Source of the DNA: Patescibacteria group bacterium | Lineage (GTDB): Bacteria > Patescibacteriota > Minisyncoccia > Phycocordibacterales > WO2-35-19 | Reading direction: 5' to 3' | DNA length: 64,000 bases | Assembly (NCBI GenBank): GCA_038064735.1 | Contig: JBBTSI010000003.1 | Coordinates: forward strand, 21,154-85,153 | Shown: positions 17,721 to 26,197 of the stretch, in pieces | Numbering within the stretch: position 1 is the first letter of the stretch | How the letters are laid out: each line of letters begins with the position of its first letter | Translations under genes and position numbers: made by a program | The notes under the pieces: model-generated | What the model was told of the DNA's origin: nothing | Databases searched by the model: none | The model's input: only the letters and a program-made list of their open reading frames with translations

Positions 17721-19238
17721 ATGGGAAAAGTGGATAATCAAATAATTATTGGCAGTTTTATAAAAAAATTAAGAGAAAAGCGTTCTCTGACTCAAGATGA
17801 GCTGACTCAAAGACTTAATACTTCTCAAAGTGCGGTGGCTCGTATTGAAAATGGTGGCCAAAATTTAACCGCTGGCGAACTTCTTAAAATCGGCGATGCT
17901 CTGGAACATAAAATAGTCTCTCTTTCCGATTCTATCGATTTCAAAATTTCCGGTGGTAAAAAACTTAAAGGAAGTATAAAGACAAACTTTTCTAAAAATG
18001 GAGCCATGGGGCTTTTGTGTGCTTCTCTTTTAAATCAAAATACAACTATTCTTCACGGTATACCGAGGATTGAAGAGGTGAGTAGAATGCTCGAAATATT
18101 TTCCGCTCTGGGAGTCAAATACAGATGGCTTAAAAAGCAGTCTTTGGAAATTAATCCTCCTAAAAATTTTAATAAAAACGGTCTGCTTCATTCTTCGGTT
18201 GCCAATGTCAGGTCAAGCCTTATGCTCATACCGGCCATGGTTCATCATTTCAAAAATTTCTCGTTGCTTCACTCTGGGGGTTGCAAGATGGGTGAGAGGA
18301 CTATATCAGCTCATCGTTTTGCTTTTGAAGATTTAGGTATTTCTATTAAAACTATGAATGATAGATACGGTATCTCTTCTGGATCTTTGAAAACAGCCGA
18401 TGTTGTCATGTATGAAGCTAGTGATACGGCTACCGAAAATGCCATAATGATAGCCGCTTTGATTCCTGGGAAAACGATAATACGATTTGCTCCGCCAAAT
18501 TATCAGGTACAGGAAGTTTGTTTTTTCTTGGAAAAATTGGGTGTAAAAATAGAAGGCATAGGTACTACTGATTTGATTGTTCATGGAATAAAAAAAATAA
18601 ACCAGAAGATTGAATATTATAATAGTGAAGACCCAATCGAATCGATGATGTTTTTGAGTGCTGCAATAGCAACAAATTCAAAACTGAAAATAGAAAGGTG
18701 CCCAATAGATTTTTTGCGTCTCGAATTAACCAAATTGAAAGCTATGGGTCTCATGTATAGTCTTTCAAAAGAATATCCAGCTCAAAATGGGAAAACTAAA
18801 CTGGTAGATATAACAGTGTTTCCTTCCAAATTAAAAGCTTTACGTGATAAAATCCATGCCCAGCCTTATCCGGGTATAAACTCAGACAATCTGCCATTTT
18901 TTGTACCAGTAGCTACCTTAGCTGAAGGGACGACCCTTATTCATGATTGGATGTGGGAGAATCGGGCTATATATTTTACTGAGCTCAATCGTTTAGGGGC
19001 TAATATTACTTTAGCCGATCCTCACCGAGTTTTTATAACTGGTCCGACCAAATTGAAACCTGCTCAAGTGGTTTGTCCGCCAGCTTTGCGCCCAGCTATG
19101 ATTATCCTTATCGCGATGCTTGCGGCTCCTGGTGTTTCTATATTGAGGAATGTTTATTCCATAAATCGTGGTTATGAAGATGTGGTTCAAAGATTGAATA
19201 GTATAGGTGCTTCAATAGAAAAAATCACAGGAGCTTGA
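17721..19238 (+). CDS. murA: XRE-family HTH domain fused to UDP-N-acetylglucosamine 1-carboxyvinyltransferase (MurA)
   Basis: Residues 1-70 have an XRE HTH (LTQDELTQRLNTSQSAVARIENG); the remainder aligns to MurA end to end, including the catalytic-loop Cys (SGGCKMGERTISAHR vs E. coli PGGCTIGARPVDLH) and C-terminal NRGYEDVVQRLNSIGASIE. Confidence 0.8.
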   Translation: MGKVDNQIIIGSFIKKLREKRSLTQDELTQRLNTSQSAVARIENGGQNLTAGELLKIGDALEHKIVSLSDSIDFKISGGKKLKGSIKTNFSKNGAMGLLCASLLNQNTTILHGIPRIEEVSRMLEIFSALGVKYRWLKKQSLEINPPKNFNKNGLLHSSVANVRSSLMLIPAMVHHFKNFSLLHSGGCKMGERTISAHRFAFEDLGISIKTMNDRYGISSGSLKTADVVMYEASDTATENAIMIAALIPGKTIIRFAPPNYQVQEVCFFLEKLGVKIEGIGTTDLIVHGIKKINQKIEYYNSEDPIESMMFLSAAIATNSKLKIERCPIDFLRLELTKLKAMGLMYSLSKEYPAQNGKTKLVDITVFPSKLKALRDKIHAQPYPGINSDNLPFFVPVATLAEGTTLIHDWMWENRAIYFTELNRLGANITLADPHRVFITGPTKLKPAQVVCPPALRPAMIILIAMLAAPGVSILRNVYSINRGYEDVVQRLNSIGASIEKITGA

Positions 19239-19280
19239 TTGTATAGCATATATGTGATAAATATAAATGCAGGGAGGGTT

Positions 19281-19448
19281 CTATGAAAACCACAAAAGAT
19301 TTTGATCTTAAGGTTATAGATTATTTTAACACTACAAAACAGCTTCATCCTGAAGTCTGTGATTTGGATTCTGGTACCATTAGTGAACTTATTGATGCCA
19401 TACCAAAAGGAAATCAAGAACTCGTTTGTTTGTTAACAGGACTTTTGT
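19281..19448 (+). CDS. small ORF (55 aa) with strong RBS, possibly the frame-shifted N-terminus of the VanX-like gene
   Basis: GGAGGG then ATG at 19281; MKTTKDFDLKVIDYFNTTKQLHPEV...; ends in a different frame 20 nt inside the VanX-like ORF. Confidence 0.3.
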
Positions 19449-20196
19449 AGAAAGGAGGTATGCAGTGATTCATGAGTTTATGAGTCGTCCTATACCGGAT
19501 CTGTCTCGTTTGCGGTCAGAAAAATCTGCATACCGAAACTATCCGATTTGTCCTATTTCTGAAAAATGTCTGAAAGTAAATAGCGGAATGTTGTGCCGAA
19601 GTTACTATTGGGATTATAAACCAAGGCCAGCTGGAGCAATAGAAGAGATTTTTTTGAGAAAGTCTTTTATTGCTAAATTAAAAGCTATTGATGAAGAACT
19701 TAATTCATTGGGGTTGAGACTTCTAATACAAGAGGGCTATAGACCACTTTTAGTTCAGCGTTTTGTTCAGGAAGTTTCTGTTTTGAAGGGTTTGAGAAAA
19801 GAAAATCCTAATCTCGGGGAAGCAGAACTTTTTGAGAAATTAAAAATGTTTGCTGCTTCAGCAGATATGGATTTACAACTTTCTCCACCACCTCATTTAA
19901 CAGGGGGTGTTGCTGATGTTAATCTAGTTTATTTGGAGACCGGGAAAGTTGTAGATATGGGTAAAAGAGGAGGTTTGTATAATACGGCTTTTCCTGATGC
20001 TTTGGAAAATTATAATTTCAAAACGATGGAACAACCAAAAAGATTCAGAAGGCTTCTTTTTTGGTTAGCTTTTGAACAAGGTATAACTACCAATCCTACG
20101 GAATGGTGGCATATTTCTTGGGGAGATCAAATGTGGGCGTGGATAACTAAATCATCATGCGCTATGTATGGTGCCGCCGATGATTTATTATCTTAA
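19426..20196 (+). CDS. D-alanyl-D-alanine dipeptidase (VanX/DdpX-like, peptidase M15D)
   Basis: GYRP, HLTGGVADVN (HxxGxAxD zinc motif) and EWWHISWGD (EWWH); start uncertain (19426 or later ATG). Confidence 0.7.
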   Translation: MFVNRTFVERRYAVIHEFMSRPIPDLSRLRSEKSAYRNYPICPISEKCLKVNSGMLCRSYYWDYKPRPAGAIEEIFLRKSFIAKLKAIDEELNSLGLRLLIQEGYRPLLVQRFVQEVSVLKGLRKENPNLGEAELFEKLKMFAASADMDLQLSPPPHLTGGVADVNLVYLETGKVVDMGKRGGLYNTAFPDALENYNFKTMEQPKRFRRLLFWLAFEQGITTNPTEWWHISWGDQMWAWITKSSCAMYGAADDLLS

Positions 20197-20199
20197 TAC

Positions 20200-20232
20200 G
20201 ACGGGTCTCAAATTTGAGACCCGTCGCTTTGT
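20200..20232 (+). terminator. rho-independent terminator after the VanX-like gene
   Basis: cgacgggtctcaaatttgagacccgtcg followed by ctttgttt. Confidence 0.55.
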
Positions 20233-20265
20233 TTGGGATATTTTTTAATGTATTATAAGAATAAA

Positions 20266-21606
20266 ATGGAACTGAAAAATAAAAAAGTATTACTTATGGG
20301 ACTGGGGATATTGGGTGGTGGGGTGGCCACTGCTCGCTGGCTTGTAGAGCAGGGGGCAATTTTGACAGTTACTGATATGAAAAATGAAGAAATTCTCAAA
20401 CCTTCTCTGGAAAAGCTGAAAGATTTGGAAGGTAAAGCAAGGTTTGTATTAGGCCGCCACGAAGAAAAAGATTTTTTAGATAACGATATTATTGTTGTTA
20501 ATCCTGATGTCCCGGCTGATAATAAATTTGTAGAATTGGCGAGAAAAGCCGGAAAACAAATTGAGAACGAGCTTACACTCTTTTTCTCTCATTTGAAGAG
20601 TAAGAATGTCGTGGCTATTACCGGCACACGGGGCAAAACTACTACTACTAATTGGACTGCTCATTTTTTAAAAATGCATAATGTCGACACTTTTTTAGTC
20701 GGCAATTCCCCGGAAAAGCCTTTTTTGCAGGAAATTAAAAATATAAATGAAAATAGTTTGGTTGTATTGGAAGTTCCTTCTTATCATTTGGAAATCGTGA
20801 ACGGAAAAAATTTTAAACCTCATGTGGCAGTTATTACCAACCTTTATCGAGATCACATCAATCGTCATAAAACTATGGAAGAATACGCTTCTGCCAAAGC
20901 CAATATATTCAAAGGCCAAAATGAAGATGATTTTTTGATTTTGAATAAAGAAAATGAATGGACAGATTTTTTCTTTGGTCTCAAACCAAAATCACAAGTG
21001 ATTTTTTATGATGTGCAGGATAATTTTTCTCCTGAAGAAACAGAGGAGTTTTTAAAAAAATGGGGCGAACATAATTTACTCAATTTATTTGCTTCTGCCT
21101 CAGCCGCTCTGGCTATGGGGGTATCTGTTGAAGAAATTAAAACTCACATCAGTACTTTGCCTCAAATAAAATTCAGACAAGAAAAGGTTTTTGAAAATGA
21201 AAATTTAGCTATTTTTAACGATACCACCGCTACTTCACCTGAAGCCTCCATGGCAGCAATGGAGAGATTTGCGACAATGAATGAAAATTTGATTTTTATC
21301 GCTGGTGGTACAGATCGTGACCTTGAATTTAAGAAATGGGCGGAAGTTGTAGAAAAAAATATAAAACCCGAACAACTTATATTATTGTCTGGTAGTGCCA
21401 CCGAAAAAATGAAAAAAGAATTAGGTTGGGATAGTTTTAATGAGTTTGAAACCCTAAAAGAGTGCTTAAATAAAGCTTTGGAAATCGCTAAAGGGCAGGA
21501 TAAATCCAATATTGTTTTTTCACCTGGAGCCAAAAGTTTTGAAAAATTCAAAAACGAATTTGATAGGGGAGAGAAATTCAATCTTTTGGTTAAAGAAACG
21601 CTTTAA
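20266..21606 (+). CDS. murD: UDP-N-acetylmuramoylalanine--D-glutamate ligase
   Basis: N-terminal Rossmann fold (KKVLLMGLGILGGGVA), GTRGKTTTT P-loop, Mur ligase domains; start at MELKNKK chosen by alignment (TTG at 20233 and ATG at 20248 are alternatives). Confidence 0.8.
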   Translation: MELKNKKVLLMGLGILGGGVATARWLVEQGAILTVTDMKNEEILKPSLEKLKDLEGKARFVLGRHEEKDFLDNDIIVVNPDVPADNKFVELARKAGKQIENELTLFFSHLKSKNVVAITGTRGKTTTTNWTAHFLKMHNVDTFLVGNSPEKPFLQEIKNINENSLVVLEVPSYHLEIVNGKNFKPHVAVITNLYRDHINRHKTMEEYASAKANIFKGQNEDDFLILNKENEWTDFFFGLKPKSQVIFYDVQDNFSPEETEEFLKKWGEHNLLNLFASASAALAMGVSVEEIKTHISTLPQIKFRQEKVFENENLAIFNDTTATSPEASMAAMERFATMNENLIFIAGGTDRDLEFKKWAEVVEKNIKPEQLILLSGSATEKMKKELGWDSFNEFETLKECLNKALEIAKGQDKSNIVFSPGAKSFEKFKNEFDRGEKFNLLVKETL

Positions 21607-21660
21607 ATAAAGCTTGGATTTAGATTGCGTCAAATTTCATTTCGTGTTACCATATACCCC

Positions 21661-21816
21661 ATGTCACAAGATCAGCTTATAAGATTGGTAAATAAGGACA
21701 CCAAGGAGGTGTATTTTACGCGCAAAAATAAGCGTAAAGTAGAGCGTAAGATAGAACTCAAAAAATACTCTAAAAAACTCCGCAAAAGGATAGTTTTCAA
21801 AGAAGCTAAAAAATAA
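21661..21816 (+). CDS. rpmG: 50S ribosomal protein L33 (non-zinc type)
   Basis: YFTRKNKRKVERKIELKKYSKKLRKRIVFKEAK matches the L33 consensus [34 protein letters not shown]; precedes tRNA-Trp. Confidence 0.7.
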   Translation: MSQDQLIRLVNKDTKEVYFTRKNKRKVERKIELKKYSKKLRKRIVFKEAKK

Positions 21817-21904
21817 GATGCTGTGCATCTTGTTTCAACTACATTCGGATAAAATAAAAATGAATTTTTACTTTACTCCTCATTTGTTGAAATAAAATCA
21901 AAAC

Positions 21905-21930
21905 TAGCCCAATTGGGCTATTTTTGTTAT
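21905..21930 (+). terminator. terminator after rpmG
   Basis: Palindrome agcccaattgggct followed by atttttgtt. Confidence 0.45.
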
Positions 21931-21942
21931 TATTCTTGAGCT

Positions 21943-22014
21943 GGGCTTATAGTTTCAATGGTAAAACATTCCTCTCCAAAAGGAAGGTTCCCCGTTCGAG
22001 TCGGGGTGAGCCCG
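21943..22014 (+). tRNA. tRNA-Trp(CCA)
   Basis: Acceptor GGGCUUA/UGAGCCC, D-stem GUUU/AAAC, anticodon loop CUCCAAA, T-arm CCCCG-UUCGAGU-CGGGG. Confidence 0.75.
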
Positions 22015-22076
22015 CAAATATATAAATAGAAAGGGCTCTGTTTTTTAAACAAAGCCCTTTACAAAACAAACCATCT

Positions 22077-22199
22077 TACTTACGATGTTTACCGAGTTTA
22101 CAGAAGCGTCGTTGGTCACGATATCTTTCGACCAATCCCTGCCACATAAGCGCAAATCTTAATGCCCCCAACATGTCGAGTTCAAGAATTGTCAGCATA
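22077..22199 (-). CDS. small basic protein (41 aa), unknown function
   Basis: AAGAGG RBS then ATG at 22199; MLTILELDMLGALRFALMWQGLVERYRDQRRFCKLGKHRK; followed by a hairpin terminator (22030..22060). Confidence 0.3.
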
Positions 22200-22279
22200 G
22201 GTACCTCTTTCTGGTTCCTGTTTTGAACAATAATTCTTCCAGATATAAATCATACATCGTTTTGGATTTTAGTCAAAGC

Positions 22280-23179
22280 TCAAAATTTTTCAGTAATTTT
22301 TTTGATTTTTGTAATTTCTTTCGGATTAAACCAATTTATTTTTTTATCCCGTTTGAACCAAGTGTTTTGACGCTTAGCATACTGCAAAGTTTCAGTCTGC
22401 ATTCTCTGAAGCATCTCAATTTTTGAAATTTTGTTTTGTAAAAATAAAGAAACTATTTTATATTCCAAACCTATTTCTGCCATTCTTTTCCAAGATAAGC
22501 CTTTTTTGTGTAAATTTTGCACTTCTTTCAGAAGTCCTTGTTTGAACCATTTTTTGATTCTTTTATTTATTTTTTCTTTCAATTCTTCATTTTCAGTTTT
22601 AATTCCTATTTTCAAGACGTTATACGTCTTGTCCCGCGAAGCTTTAGCGAAGTGGGACGGTACCTTTCCTATTGCTTCACAAATCTCAATCGCCCTTACC
22701 AACCGTCTCGGATTTTTTGCATCAATATTTTTAGCTCTGTCAGGGTCTAGATCTCGCAAAATTTTAAAAAGTTCTTCGGTTGTTTTCTTTTCTAATTTTT
22801 CTCGCAGTTTAAGATTTGGTGGCACTTCTGGTATCTGTTTATCTCCAAGTACTGCATCGATATAAAATCCTGTCCCACCACAAATAACAGGCACTTTTTT
22901 ATCGTTTAAAATTTTTTGAATTTCTGTTTCAGCAAGTTTTTTAAAGTCAGAAGCTGAAAATCTTTTTTTGGGAGAAACCACATCAAGCAAATAATGCTTT
23001 ACTCCCAACATTTCTTTTTTAGTAATCTTACCTGTACCAATATTCAGCCCTTTATAAACTTGCCTTGAGTCAGCCGAAATCACCTCACCATTAATTTTTT
23101 TGGCGAGCTTAACCGCGATATCACTCTTGCCACTAGCCGTCGGCCCTAGTACTACTATGATTTTAGGTTTCTCTGACAT
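22280..23179 (-). CDS. miaA: tRNA dimethylallyltransferase
   Basis: IIVVLGPTASGKSD P-loop, ISADSRQVYKGLNIGTGK. Confidence 0.85.
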   Translation of the reverse strand: MSEKPKIIVVLGPTASGKSDIAVKLAKKINGEVISADSRQVYKGLNIGTGKITKKEMLGVKHYLLDVVSPKKRFSASDFKKLAETEIQKILNDKKVPVICGGTGFYIDAVLGDKQIPEVPPNLKLREKLEKKTTEELFKILRDLDPDRAKNIDAKNPRRLVRAIEICEAIGKVPSHFAKASRDKTYNVLKIGIKTENEELKEKINKRIKKWFKQGLLKEVQNLHKKGLSWKRMAEIGLEYKIVSLFLQNKISKIEMLQRMQTETLQYAKRQNTWFKRDKKINWFNPKEITKIKKITEKF

Positions 23180-23417
23180 AGCTAAATCTTGGACCTTTGT
23201 AAGGGATTTCGGGTTTGTCTACTTCTTCTAGAAACATTTTGGCTGGTCTCACCCAAAGCTTATGTTCTCCGTACAAAGCCCTGTAAATTACAATAGGTTC
23301 TTGAGTTTCGGAATCAGTCGCAACCTCTTCTACTATGTATTCATTACCTTTGAAGTGTTTGTAGATACCCTTTTGTATACCTTCAATTGAAGTTTTTGTT
23401 TCTGGTGAATTTTCCAT
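23163..23417 (-). CDS. DUF1653-like small protein
   Basis: Start at MENSPETK; the longer ORF would run through the tRNA-Leu(CAA) gene. YKHFKGNEY...EPIVIYRALYGEHKLWVRP pattern. Confidence 0.45.
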   Translation of the reverse strand: MENSPETKTSIEGIQKGIYKHFKGNEYIVEEVATDSETQEPIVIYRALYGEHKLWVRPAKMFLEEVDKPEIPYKGPRFSYVRET

Positions 23418-23429
23418 ATTTTTAAAACT

Positions 23430-23510
23430 GTGCCGGGGAGAGGACTTGAACCTCCAAGCCTTGCGGCGCACGATTTTGAGTCGTGTGCGGTTACCATTTC
23501 GCCACCCCGG
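23430..23510 (-). tRNA. tRNA-Leu(CAA), type II
   Basis: Acceptor GCCGGGG/CCCCGGC, anticodon loop CUCAAAA, long variable arm, T-loop UUCAAGU. Confidence 0.75.
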
Positions 23511-23600
23511 CATTTCGAAAATATACCTATCAAATATAGCGCAAATATCCCCTAAAATCAAAACTTTGAACTTTTGTTTTTGTCTTTTGTGATGTAAAAT

Positions 23601-24581
23601 ATGATTATGCAAAATATTTCAAATTTTTATCAAAACTCAATATTTTGGGTGGAGGTGGATAAAATAAAACCAAATCCATTTCAGCCAAGACGTGAATTTG
23701 ACGAAGAGGCTTTGAAAGCTTTATCTGATTCTATTAAACAATATGGTGTGCTTCAAGCGTTAGTGGTGACTCGTAAAGAATATGAAAAAGAAGATGGAGG
23801 TTTGGCTGTGGAATACGAGCTTATTGCTGGAGAACGCAGATTGCGCGCTTCCAAATTGGCTGGGCTTTTGCAGGTGCCGGTGATTATCCGTAACGGAGAA
23901 GGAGATGACAATCGGGACGATTTGATGAAGCTTGAACTGGCTATTATTGAAAATGTGCAAAGGGAGGATTTGAATCCAGTGGAACGGGCCAAAGCTTTCA
24001 AAAAATTGGCAGATCAGTTTGGGTTTAAACATCATCAAATCGCTTTGAAAATAGGCAAGAGCCGAGTTTATGTCACCAACTCTATGCGCATTTTGGATTT
24101 GCCAGAAGAGATGCTCACCGCTCTTTCCGAAGGCAAAATTAACGAAGGCCACACCAGACCACTCCTTATGCTTATCGAAAGGCCGGAAGAACAGAAGGTG
24201 CTTTTCCAAGATATTATGATGCACAAAATGAACGTTCGCGATGCCGAACTGGCCGCGCGCAAAATTGCTATTGAAAGAGTTAGGAAATTTAACGCTTCAG
24301 TTGATCCGGAAATCTGCGCTTTGGAAGAGAAGTTTGCCGAATCTTTAGGTACTAGAGTGAGAATTGAAAAGAAAGAAAATGGCGGCAAACTCATGATTGA
24401 ATTTTTCTCTAATGATGATTTGCAAGATATTTTAAATATGCTAAATCAAAATGTTACCCCGATTGATGATAGAGCGCCGGAAGAAATAAAAAAAGATGAA
24501 AACACGCCGATTCCCGACAAAGTAGAAGCGGAGGCTAAAGAGGAGGAAGATTTGTATTCCATCAAAAATTTTAGTATCTAA
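23601..24581 (+). CDS. parB: ParB/Spo0J-family partition (ParB-like nuclease domain) protein
   Basis: ELIAGERRLRASKLAG ParB box, HTH region, acidic C-terminus; no adjacent parA. Confidence 0.7.
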   Translation: MIMQNISNFYQNSIFWVEVDKIKPNPFQPRREFDEEALKALSDSIKQYGVLQALVVTRKEYEKEDGGLAVEYELIAGERRLRASKLAGLLQVPVIIRNGEGDDNRDDLMKLELAIIENVQREDLNPVERAKAFKKLADQFGFKHHQIALKIGKSRVYVTNSMRILDLPEEMLTALSEGKINEGHTRPLLMLIERPEEQKVLFQDIMMHKMNVRDAELAARKIAIERVRKFNASVDPEICALEEKFAESLGTRVRIEKKENGGKLMIEFFSNDDLQDILNMLNQNVTPIDDRAPEEIKKDENTPIPDKVEAEAKEEEDLYSIKNFSI

Positions 24582-26041
24582 TTTTTTTCTAAAGCAGTGC
24601 GGATGTGGCGTTTGGCCATGGTGGTTTTGCAATGTTCAATCCATTTTCTATTTGGTTTTGAGCTTTTTTTGGTTTCAATTTCCACTCTGTCTCCGTTTTG
24701 TAATATGGTGAAAATAGCCACAAATTTTCCATTTACTTTTGCTCCGGATATGTGATTGCCAACATCGGAATGAATCATATAAGCGAAATCTATAACCGAT
24801 GAATCTATCGGCAAATCAATGACGTCGCCATGCGGGGTGAAAACGAAAATCCTCTCTTCCAAAATATCTTTTTTAATATCATCCAAAAATTTGTTGCCAC
24901 TGGCTTCTTGATATTTGACCAGTTCTTTAATCCAGTAAGGAATATCAATAGAATTTTGGCCTGGTAACATATTTTTTATCCAAGATAAGCTGTTTTTTCC
25001 AGCCCCAGCAGTTTTTTCTTTGTAAGAGATATGGGAAGCGATGCCAAATTCAGCTTCTTTATCGATCTCCTCAGTTCTTATTTGGACTTCAATGATGCCA
25101 CCATCTCCGGAAAAAACAGTAGTGTGAATGGAACGGTAACCGTTTGGTTTTGGGGAAGCTATATAGTCTTTGATACGGCCTGGAAGTGGTCTCCATGAAC
25201 CATGAATGATGCCTAATATTCTGTAACAATCGGAAATTTCCGGTACGGTGATCCGGAGAGCCGAAACATCATAAATATTTTCTATGTTGCCTTCGTATTT
25301 TTGTAATTTTTTGTAAAGTGAATAAAGGCTTTTGACTCGGTAATCTATCTTAAAATTTGTGACATTATTTTTTACCAATTCTTTCTTTATTTCTTTTTGA
25401 AATTTATCCAATAAGGTTTCCTGCTCTTCTTTTTTAGCTTTGAAAAGTTGTTTGATATTTTCGTATTCTTTTGGATAGACATAAATGAAAGCCGTATCCT
25501 CAAGGTCTCTTTGTAGTTTTTTGATACCGAGTCTATAAGCCAGAGGCGCAAATATTTCTAGAGTTTCTTTGGCTATGCGCGATTGTTTTTCTTTTGGGAT
25601 ATGTTCTAAAGTTTGAATATTGTGAAGACGGTCACAGAGTTTGATGATGAGGACTCTTATATCTTTTGACATTGCTCCAAAAAGTTTCCTGAGCGATTCA
25701 TTGTATCTATTTGTCCCTATATATCTGATTGTTCCGAGTTTGGTGACTCCCTCAACCAAGAAAAGAATTTCTTTACCAAATTCTTTTTCTATTTCTTCGC
25801 GAGATATGCCGACATCTTCCATACTGTCATGCAAAAATCCAGCTACTATAGTCGTCGTACTCATTCCAAGTTCGGCTATGTTTTTGGCTGTCGCAAAGAG
25901 GTGGTTGAAGTAAGGCTCACCACTGAGACGAACATGGCCTTGGTGGGCTTTTAAAGCAAAATCATAGGCTTTTTGGATGAGTTCCAAATCTTCTTTGGTC
26001 GGATCTTGCATAAGAGAGATAATTTCTTTTATATCAGGCAT
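24578..26041 (-). CDS. (p)ppGpp synthetase/hydrolase, RelA/SpoT family (short form with HD, synthetase and TGS domains)
   Basis: HD motif HDSMED; synthetase motif RIKDYIASPKPNGYRSIHTTV; TGS segment IFVFTPHGDVIDLP. Confidence 0.8.
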   Translation of the reverse strand: MPDIKEIISLMQDPTKEDLELIQKAYDFALKAHQGHVRLSGEPYFNHLFATAKNIAELGMSTTTIVAGFLHDSMEDVGISREEIEKEFGKEILFLVEGVTKLGTIRYIGTNRYNESLRKLFGAMSKDIRVLIIKLCDRLHNIQTLEHIPKEKQSRIAKETLEIFAPLAYRLGIKKLQRDLEDTAFIYVYPKEYENIKQLFKAKKEEQETLLDKFQKEIKKELVKNNVTNFKIDYRVKSLYSLYKKLQKYEGNIENIYDVSALRITVPEISDCYRILGIIHGSWRPLPGRIKDYIASPKPNGYRSIHTTVFSGDGGIIEVQIRTEEIDKEAEFGIASHISYKEKTAGAGKNSLSWIKNMLPGQNSIDIPYWIKELVKYQEASGNKFLDDIKKDILEERIFVFTPHGDVIDLPIDSSVIDFAYMIHSDVGNHISGAKVNGKFVAIFTILQNGDRVEIETKKSSKPNRKWIEHCKTTMAKRHIRTALEKN

Positions 26042-26197
26042 GTTATCATTTTAATGAAATTTAGACAAAAAGAAAGCCGAGTTAATCTCGGCTTTTGTTT
26101 TTGCGATTTTGGTAAATCGCGATTGGTACAAAGAGAATCAAAATAAAAATCCATCCGGCGACAGTTTCCATATGGCTTCTCCTTTTGAATTAATATA

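Noticed and set aside
23163-23612. Long versions of the minus-strand ORFs 23163..23612 and 23333..23533
   Set aside because: They run through tRNA-Leu(CAA); only the downstream ATG (23417) gives a plausible DUF1653-like protein
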